IMG/VR virus record: IMGVR_UViG_3300032053_000093
Location: 1-56,080 of that record
Source of the DNA: a virus
Taxonomy: Duplodnaviria; Caudoviricetes
DNA: 56,080 nucleotides
Strand: one strand, 5' to 3'
Position 1 is the first letter of the stretch, and each line of letters starts with the position of its first letter. The notes under the pieces were generated by a model. That model was given only the letters and a program-made list of their open reading frames with translations. It was not told the DNA's origin and ran no database searches. This document shows positions 46,090 through 53,200 of the stretch, one piece after another. A program made the translations under genes and the position numbers.

Positions 46090-47061
46090 ATGGCACTATG
46101 GTTCACACCGCCTTGCGGAGGTTACGGGCAACCGGTGCATAGCCGCATATCCACTTTACGGACCGTCCATGCGGCTGTGGAATTTGAGGATTGGTTTGAG
46201 TACACGGGGAACTGGGCCGATACCTATGAATACGGTCTGTACGACTCGGACGACCCGGAATTCGAGCCGAATACATGGGGCTGTCATGTTCCGAATGACG
46301 CGGCGGATCACACGTCGCTGACCACTGTGGTTTACAGGATGGTTGCGGCTCGCAGTTCGGAACTTGATCGCATTGACGCCGCGTTCAACGACGCGGTTGT
46401 CACCGCCAAGATGCTACTCACCTTGATCGGGGCAACCGTTACGAGGAGAGTGGATGAGACTCAGGAGTATGAGTTCGAGGGGTCCGTTGGCCCCCTTGAT
46501 TACTATGCGGGGCAGGAAAACGTTGAAGGAGAAGAGGCTGCCGGTCAGTTTTGGTCGAAGACCACGGAATCCACCACTACGACGGGATTGCAGGTGGGGA
46601 TTTTCGGCATAATCGAACGCGAAGGGGAAGGGATTGTCGCGGACTTTCTCGGTGGCGGCGGCGGTCTTGTCGGGGTTGATCCCAATAACACAGACGCGCA
46701 GGTGGTGGATTGCGCGGAATTCGTGTCGGCGTATCTGGCGAATCGGGCAAACTATATCGGCTTCTTCTTGTGTTTCATCCCGGAAGAAGTGGATTTCAAT
46801 GAGGTTCTTGGGCCTTCCGAGGACCTGTCCGCAATGTTGAAAGCGGTCGAGGCAGCCAGCCACAAGTCAACCTTCGAGAGCGCTATCGGATGGTATCGTG
46901 TTCCTGGTTCTCCGTCACTTCCGGTTTTCATTGGAACTGACGAATATGTGGAGGTGAAGTGGCTTGGGGCGGATTCCACCAAGGGCGTCGTGAATTTCGA
47001 TCCGGCGGCGGTGACGATGCAAACGGATTCGGGGTTGTCGTATCAGACGGTGCCGGGATAG
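46090..47061 (+). CDS. Acidic hypothetical protein
   Basis: 323 aa, abuts the previous gene. Confidence 0.7.
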   Translation: MALWFTPPCGGYGQPVHSRISTLRTVHAAVEFEDWFEYTGNWADTYEYGLYDSDDPEFEPNTWGCHVPNDAADHTSLTTVVYRMVAARSSELDRIDAAFNDAVVTAKMLLTLIGATVTRRVDETQEYEFEGSVGPLDYYAGQENVEGEEAAGQFWSKTTESTTTTGLQVGIFGIIEREGEGIVADFLGGGGGLVGVDPNNTDAQVVDCAEFVSAYLANRANYIGFFLCFIPEEVDFNEVLGPSEDLSAMLKAVEAASHKSTFESAIGWYRVPGSPSLPVFIGTDEYVEVKWLGADSTKGVVNFDPAAVTMQTDSGLSYQTVPG

Positions 47062-47208
47062 GAGGCGCGAAATGCTGGAGCTCACATTGTTTTGCTTGAG
47101 AGATGCGGCGGCAGTTTCGAGTTTGCTGATCCGGTATTCTTGGAACGATATCATTCCCAAGAGAAACAGGATGGTGAGAATCAGAGTGATGTGCGGGATG
47201 CCTTTCAT
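46915..47208 (-). CDS. Antisense moron-like membrane/secreted small protein (probably truncated)
   Basis: Own promoter and RBS; MKGIPHITLILTILFLLGMISFQEYRISKLE; 3' half overlaps the opposite-strand gene. Confidence 0.5.
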   Translation of the reverse strand: MKGIPHITLILTILFLLGMISFQEYRISKLETAAASLKQNNVSSSISRLLSRHRLIRQPRIRLHRHRRRIEIHDALGGIRPKPLHLHIFVSSNENRK

Positions 47209-47302
47209 GGTTTTTCTCCCTTCCTTCATTCTGTCCTCAGCATAGCATGGGAAGGGATGCTTGTCAAGGGATAGGAGGCGCGAAATGCTGGAGCTCACAT
47301 TG
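47055..47302. repeat. Perfect 35-bp direct repeat bounding a 178-bp insert
   Basis: GGGATAGGAGGCGCGAAATGCTGGAGCTCACATTG at 47055-47089 and 47268-47302. Confidence 0.92.
47239..47267 (-). promoter_or_regulatory. Near-consensus sigma70 promoter
   Basis: TTGACA-17bp-TATGCT with TG extension. Confidence 0.75.
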
Positions 47303-47824
47303 GAACACTACGAGGACCGGTACGCCGCCATGCACGAGATTCCGGAGTGGCGGCAACGAATCTCGATTGCGGAATGTGCGGTCTTGAATAACGAACGCCT
47401 GTACAGGCGCGTGGCAATGGACGCCGGGGTGCCCTGGGAATTCATCGGACTGCTTCATCTCATGGAGGCCGGCTGCAACACAAAGCGTCAGATTCTCAAC
47501 GGCCAGCACTTTGACGCCGTGACGACCATTGTTCCCGTTGGGCGCGGCCCGTGGGACACGTGGGAGGATTCTGCGCTTGAGGCTCTGGCGAAACTGCGGG
47601 GGATGCCCGGGACGCCAGGGATGATCGCAATGGAACTGGAACGCTGGAACGGATTGGGTTATGCAAAACGGGAGATGAATTCCCCGTATCTATGGAGCGG
47701 GAGCAATCTGGGGGTGGGCGTTGGGAAATTCGTGGGGGACGGCAAGTACGATCCGCGCGCTGTGTCGGAACAGGTGGGCGGAATGGTTGTTTTGCGGCGG
47801 TTGAGGTTCAGGAATTTGGGTTGA
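47285..47824 (+). CDS. Endolysin, lysozyme-like (COG5526-type)
   Basis: VPW.FIG.LH.MEAG, VP.GRGPW..WE.SA, LERWNGLGY, SPYLWSGSN, GKFV.DG.YD. Confidence 0.85.
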   Translation: MLELTLEHYEDRYAAMHEIPEWRQRISIAECAVLNNERLYRRVAMDAGVPWEFIGLLHLMEAGCNTKRQILNGQHFDAVTTIVPVGRGPWDTWEDSALEALAKLRGMPGTPGMIAMELERWNGLGYAKREMNSPYLWSGSNLGVGVGKFVGDGKYDPRAVSEQVGGMVVLRRLRFRNLG

Positions 47825-47835
47825 GGAGGCGTGTC

Positions 47836-48090
47836 ATGCCAGACAAGGCGGGGAATATCATACAGCGAAGCGGCTCCATCCTGGCGGGGCTTTTGACGAT
47901 GGCGGCGGGTGCGGCGATGGCGTATTGGGGGCCGACTGTCCCGCTGAAGATCGCCGGGGCGGAGCGGGCGTTGCGGGGGCTGGAAGCGATTCAGACGACT
48001 TTGCGGAACCGGAAGGCAAAGGTGGACCGGCGGAAGATGGTGAAGCAGGCGCCGGGGGTCAACAAGCGGAAGCGGAGGGCACGGTTATGA
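47836..48090 (+). CDS. Holin-like small membrane protein
   Basis: GAGGAGG RBS; hydrophobic segment ILAGLLTMAAGAAMAYW; very basic C-terminus; next to the endolysin. Confidence 0.5.
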   Translation: MPDKAGNIIQRSGSILAGLLTMAAGAAMAYWGPTVPLKIAGAERALRGLEAIQTTLRNRKAKVDRRKMVKQAPGVNKRKRRARL

Positions 48091-48662
48091 TTCAGGATAT
48101 TCCCAAGATGCTCACACGGGATGAGGCGTTGGCGATTCCCGATGAGATGTGTCCCCTGCTGGTTCTAACGGATCGGCGCGGGTTCATTCCGTGGGCGATT
48201 GAGCGCTTGACTGGCAAGGGGCGCGAGACGGGGCACTACAACCACGCGGGAGCGCTGTACCGCCAGGGAGTGGTTGCGGAGCAATGCTGGCGATTCCAAC
48301 GAACGCCACTCAAGAACTATTTGGACGGGAAGTATCGGGTCAAGTTCTGGTGTTGGAATCCGGGCTGGACGGATGCTGACAGAACAGCAATGGACATTGA
48401 GTTGCAGACGCTTCTCAGGATGCGCGGGAAATACGACTGGCCGGGGATTTTGGGTCAGTTGTGGGCGGCGGTGTTTCGGACGCCGGGGTTGCGAGAAATG
48501 AACTGCGAGCGGCGGAACTACTGTTCTGAGGCGATGGTTCAGGTGTTTCGGCTGGCAGACAAGTTTCTGTTTTGCGATAATCACGCATCCCCGGCAGATT
48601 TGGACCGGGCGTGCAAGGCACATCCGAAAATGAGGGCGATGGTTTTCGATCCAAGACTCTGA
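48087..48662 (+). CDS. Permuted papain-like NlpC/P60 (YiiX/YebB-type) amidase
   Basis: His before Cys: YNHAG ... YDW ... YCSE ... SPADL. Confidence 0.78.
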   Translation: MIQDIPKMLTRDEALAIPDEMCPLLVLTDRRGFIPWAIERLTGKGRETGHYNHAGALYRQGVVAEQCWRFQRTPLKNYLDGKYRVKFWCWNPGWTDADRTAMDIELQTLLRMRGKYDWPGILGQLWAAVFRTPGLREMNCERRNYCSEAMVQVFRLADKFLFCDNHASPADLDRACKAHPKMRAMVFDPRL

Positions 48663-48676
48663 GGGGGTTTGGGAAA

Positions 48677-50239
48677 ATGGCTTACGGAACACGGCGGGCG
48701 GCGTTGCAGAGGCGGACGACTTTCGGCGGGGGATACGGCGGGGGCGGCGTCTCGCCATTCTCGTTGCCTTATCCACCGGGCGGTGGGCAGGGACAGGCCC
48801 TGCAACTCAATACAAGCGACATCGCAAGGGCGGGGACGGCTGCGAAACTGGAACTGTATAAGATCAATTCAGATTGGCAGCACCGGTCTTTGGAAGGCCA
48901 GCGTCAATTCATCATGGACCAGGCGCGGAACCGGATCGAGCAACAGAAGATCAACCAAGATGAGGAGTTCCGTTGGCGGAAACTCGACGCGGACAAGACG
49001 GACGCGGCGGCGCGCTTGGCGCAGCAGGAGTTCTCGAATACGATGGCCCTGGGTCATTTTGGTCTAAGTCAAGGGACTGCCGCCGCCGCCGCGGAAGTGA
49101 GAGAGAAGAATAAGGCCGTCAAGCGTTGGACGGAAATAGGGAAACTGATGGAGGGCGGGTTGTTGGAAGCGGACGCCACAAAGACAGTGGATGAACAAAT
49201 GCCTGAACTGAAACCCAGTGCGCCGAGCGGGAGCGGGGGGCAACTTCCGGCTCCGCCGACAGTGCAAGCGACACCAGAGGGTTACAGGCCGACGCCGCAA
49301 ACTGGTGGAACTCAGCTCCCTGCCCCGCCACAGCAAGTCCCGCCGCAGGCGGGGCCGACTCTTAGCGGATGGGCCGATCCGAATACACCCGAAGGTGTTC
49401 AGTCGGCGTCTATGGCGGGAACATTGAATGCCCGGGCGACTGGGATACAGGGAATGCAGGCAGTTGGCGCGGGGCCTCAAGCGGCGGAACAGGCGGCGAT
49501 GAAGCAGGAAGCGGCGCTACAGGGGAAAGGTCCGGCCCTGGGCCCGTATGAAAGAACAGTGGCGGCGCAGGCGGAAGCGGCAATAGCGGCAAATGCGCCG
49601 ATTCCAGGCCCAGCGCCTCAGCCTCCGCCCCGGCGAAAGGGTTGGAAAGAAGAACTTCCAGACGACGAGACAAGAGGTTTGGAGGGGATACAGGAGACCG
49701 TAAGCGCACCCGTGGCGTGGTTGCTGGACAAGTTGGATTGGCGAGGACCGCGTTCTGCATCGGGCGCAAAAGGCGCACCCGCACCGGGTGGCACAGAGGC
49801 TAAGCCGAATCCACTTGCTCCGCCTACCGCAGCTCCCCAGGCGACTCCGGGCACACTGCCTCCGTCGCCACAAGAAACCCCCACGCCCCGGGAAAGGGCC
49901 GCGCAGTCTAAAAGAGAGAAAGGCAATCTTCCGAAACAAGACGCGGCATTGGCAAAGGACCTTGAAAGATTCAAGAAGGGACTCCTCGGATTCCCAGAGA
50001 AAGGGGATGAAGGGTACGAGCAGTATATGAAGGCCAAGAAACGGTATGATGCCGTTCATTCAAAATACATGAAGTCCATTGATTTGCCCGAAGAGCCAGC
50101 CGAGGATGCTGCGACCACGCAAACATTGACGGCTCCGCCGGAGGCGAAACAACAGGCGGCGTTCCAGGCTTTGCGGAAGGACCCGAATCTCAGTCAGTAT
50201 TCCGATGCTCAGTTGTGGGGCGCAATAAGGGGACAGTGA
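48677..50239 (+). CDS. Probable internal virion (DNA ejection) protein
   Basis: Q/A/P/G-rich helical protein just before the giant ORF, a typical podoviral position. Confidence 0.55.
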   Translation: MAYGTRRAALQRRTTFGGGYGGGGVSPFSLPYPPGGGQGQALQLNTSDIARAGTAAKLELYKINSDWQHRSLEGQRQFIMDQARNRIEQQKINQDEEFRWRKLDADKTDAAARLAQQEFSNTMALGHFGLSQGTAAAAAEVREKNKAVKRWTEIGKLMEGGLLEADATKTVDEQMPELKPSAPSGSGGQLPAPPTVQATPEGYRPTPQTGGTQLPAPPQQVPPQAGPTLSGWADPNTPEGVQSASMAGTLNARATGIQGMQAVGAGPQAAEQAAMKQEAALQGKGPALGPYERTVAAQAEAAIAANAPIPGPAPQPPPRRKGWKEELPDDETRGLEGIQETVSAPVAWLLDKLDWRGPRSASGAKGAPAPGGTEAKPNPLAPPTAAPQATPGTLPPSPQETPTPRERAAQSKREKGNLPKQDAALAKDLERFKKGLLGFPEKGDEGYEQYMKAKKRYDAVHSKYMKSIDLPEEPAEDAATTQTLTAPPEAKQQAAFQALRKDPNLSQYSDAQLWGAIRGQ

Positions 50240-53200
50240 TGGCACTTACCACCGAACCGATGCTTGAAGACCCGCAGATGATTGAGGATGCGCGGCGGCG
50301 ACTGATGGAAATGAAACCCGACGGCGGGAACCCGCCGGATGAATTGACACCTGTTTTGGAGCAGGCGCGGGCGAGACTGCAGACCATGAAGCCGGAATTG
50401 AGTGGCCCTGCTCCGGCGCAGGCGAATCTCGGCCCGTACTCGCCCGAAGAAATGGCGTCCTGGGATGCGAACCGAGCCGCCCTTGCTGGGCCGCCGAGTC
50501 CCCGCAAGGCGGAACTCGAAGCGTTGCAGGCATTCCCCTACAAGCCAGAAGATTTCGCGCTGTGGGAAGCGCGGCGGAAGGCGTTGCAAGCCGCGCCGCC
50601 ACAGGCCCCCCGGCCTGTCACACAAACCTCCGAGCCGATGGACCTCACCTTGCCCAATGCGCCATCGCCCGAAACCATGCGAAAAGCAGAAGAGGCGGTG
50701 GAGGCCACTACAGTCGCGGGCGGTACTGGAACCGGCCCTGTTCCATTGAACTGGTCTAAGAAGATTGTGCATCGAGGGGTAGGGGTTTTCACAGAATCAA
50801 CACAGAAGATGGCGAATACTCTGCGAAAACCGGGTGAAGTGGGGGTTTGGGAAGATGCTGAAAAACGGTGGGCGAATCTGCCCGAAGTAGAACGCGCTAA
50901 GCGTATGGCCTGGCTCAAGTCGCAAACGAAGGGTAATGGCAAACAGGCTTTTCGTCCAGCGGCTCCAGGAGAATTTCCTGAACCTGAACCGCCTATGAGT
51001 ACGGGGAGTTTTTGGGGTGATATTGCTGGCAATGTTTTGGGATTCACTATTGACCCGGCAGGGTTGCCTTTGCTTATGGCAACGGGGCCACTGTTTGCTC
51101 CGACTGAGGGTGCAAGTTTTCTGGCGAGGCTGGCCGCTTCCTCTGCGCATCTTGGGGTTGCTGGCGGCGCGGCAACGGCGCTCAAAGGTGGTTCGGCGGG
51201 AGAGATTGCCAAGTCAACCGCTTGGGGTGCGGCTGCTGGAATAGCGTTTAGGGCTGGAGGCGTCGGAAAACTGGTTACGTCTCTTGGCAAGTCGTCCGAA
51301 GTGGGTTTTGCGCGGGATATGCTCTCGGCTGCGGCTGGTCTTTACGCGGTGACGGCGGCGCAGAATAAGGTGAATGGAGGCCCACTCTTTGATCGCAATG
51401 TGCTTTCGGGTACAATCGAGATGCTGTTATTCAAGCTGTACGAAAAGTTGGGTGAAAATCCGAAGTACAAGGCGCAATGGAAAGACGTGTCCGAAGAACG
51501 ACGGGCGGAGTTGATTCGGCTGTTGGCTGCCAAAATCGCTGAGGACGAGAACCGAAGTAGCAACATCAATGCAGGTCTGACTGGCGCGGAAGTAGCAGCG
51601 CGGGACAGAGAGGCAGCGGAAGGGGAGTTTGCGCCAGGGTCTGCCGGTCCGCCTCCCCCGCCGCCCCCGCCACCTGCTGGCCCGAAGCCTAAACCCGCCC
51701 CCGGCACTCCGCTGGACATCATTGAGGGAAAGCCGTTGGAGGAACCGCCGCCCCCGCCGCCCGCCGCCCCGCAAGTCGCGCCCGTGGCACAGCGGCCCCC
51801 GGAGCCACAACCGTCCGCAGAAGCCGCGCCGAAGCCCGTAGAGTTGCCTGTTGCCTCGCCCGCCCCGGTTGCCGGGCCGGAGACCGCAAAGATTTCATGG
51901 GGAAAACGTCAAGAGACATGGCCGGAACGGGTTAGGGAGATTGCACCGGACGAGTATCTGAAGAGAACTGGGAATGGTCCACTGGATCGTGAAAATATCG
52001 AACGCCTGAAAAGCGCCATGCAGAAGGGGGAAGAGATTAAGTCGGTTTCACTCCGTTTAGATGCCGATTCGGGAAAAGTGATCGAACAGGAAGGCAGGCA
52101 TCGGGCGCAAGCGGCAAAGGAGCTGGGGGTTGAGACGATTCCGGTTTATGTGTCCACTTGGCGAGCGGGGAAACCCGTAGGTACAGATGAGGCCATATCC
52201 CCCCCTGCCCCTGAGAAGCCGAAGTTCATGACCTCGAAGATTCGGGCGAAGCAGCGGGGGGGCGCGGCGAAGAGGGAGGCCGAGGCACAGGCTGGCGCTG
52301 CCCCGGAAGTTCCCGCCGCGCCGGAGGCCGCCAAGCCTCCCGAAGCCGCGCCAGGCACCCTGACATTAGATCAGATTGAAGCGGAATTTAGGAAACCCGA
52401 ACCTGGAGAAGCGATTGGACCTGAACCAGTGACACAAGAAAATCTCGATAGGCTCACATACCAGCACATTGACGGCAAACGATCCATAGGAAGCGTGGTG
52501 AGAGATACCGTTGCGACAGATCAAGGGAAACATGGCCGACTGCGCGGCATTTTCTTCCTCTTGTCCCGCCGATTGGAAGACATTGATTTTGGAAATATGT
52601 CCCGCGCCAAGCGAATCAAGATAGTGCTGGATATTTCAGGCACTACGAAAGCCAAACCTGATCCATCTATTGCGGATCGTGTGATACCCAAAACAAAGCA
52701 ATGGGGCGTTGAAGATGTGCGTCCTTTCGCAGAGTGGGTAGCGGACAACTACGCACATCCAGAACTTGCGCCGGATTTGGGTGCAATGTCTCAACTGGCA
52801 AAGGCATGGGTTGAACAACAAGCCCCCGCCGCGGCTGAGAAGCCCGCCGCCCCGACCGGCGCGAAGGCGGAGCAAGCCCCCGAAATCGCGCCGAAAGCCG
52901 CGTTGGGTACTTTCAAGGAGTTCGTGGAATCTCGCGGCCACACTTGGGGTGAAGTCTCCGGCAAGGGCAGCGATCCGGCCCTGTACGAGAAACTGATGGG
53001 CGACTATCAGAACGCAAAGACCGCCTCCGCCAGTGCAACGCCTACGGGAAAAGCGAAAGTCCCTACCATCCCATCTGTGCAAAAGACGCAAGGAATTCTC
53101 GTGGCTGGAAAGTTCAGAAACCAAGCCGACGCCTTGCAGAAGAGTATAGACCATCTCCGGCGTGAAATGACTCAGAACCCGACACCCAAACGCATGAGGG

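Noticed and set aside
32008-47061. Diversity-generating retroelement or invertible tail-fibre switch
   Set aside because: No reverse transcriptase, invertase or TR/VR pair seen in the window
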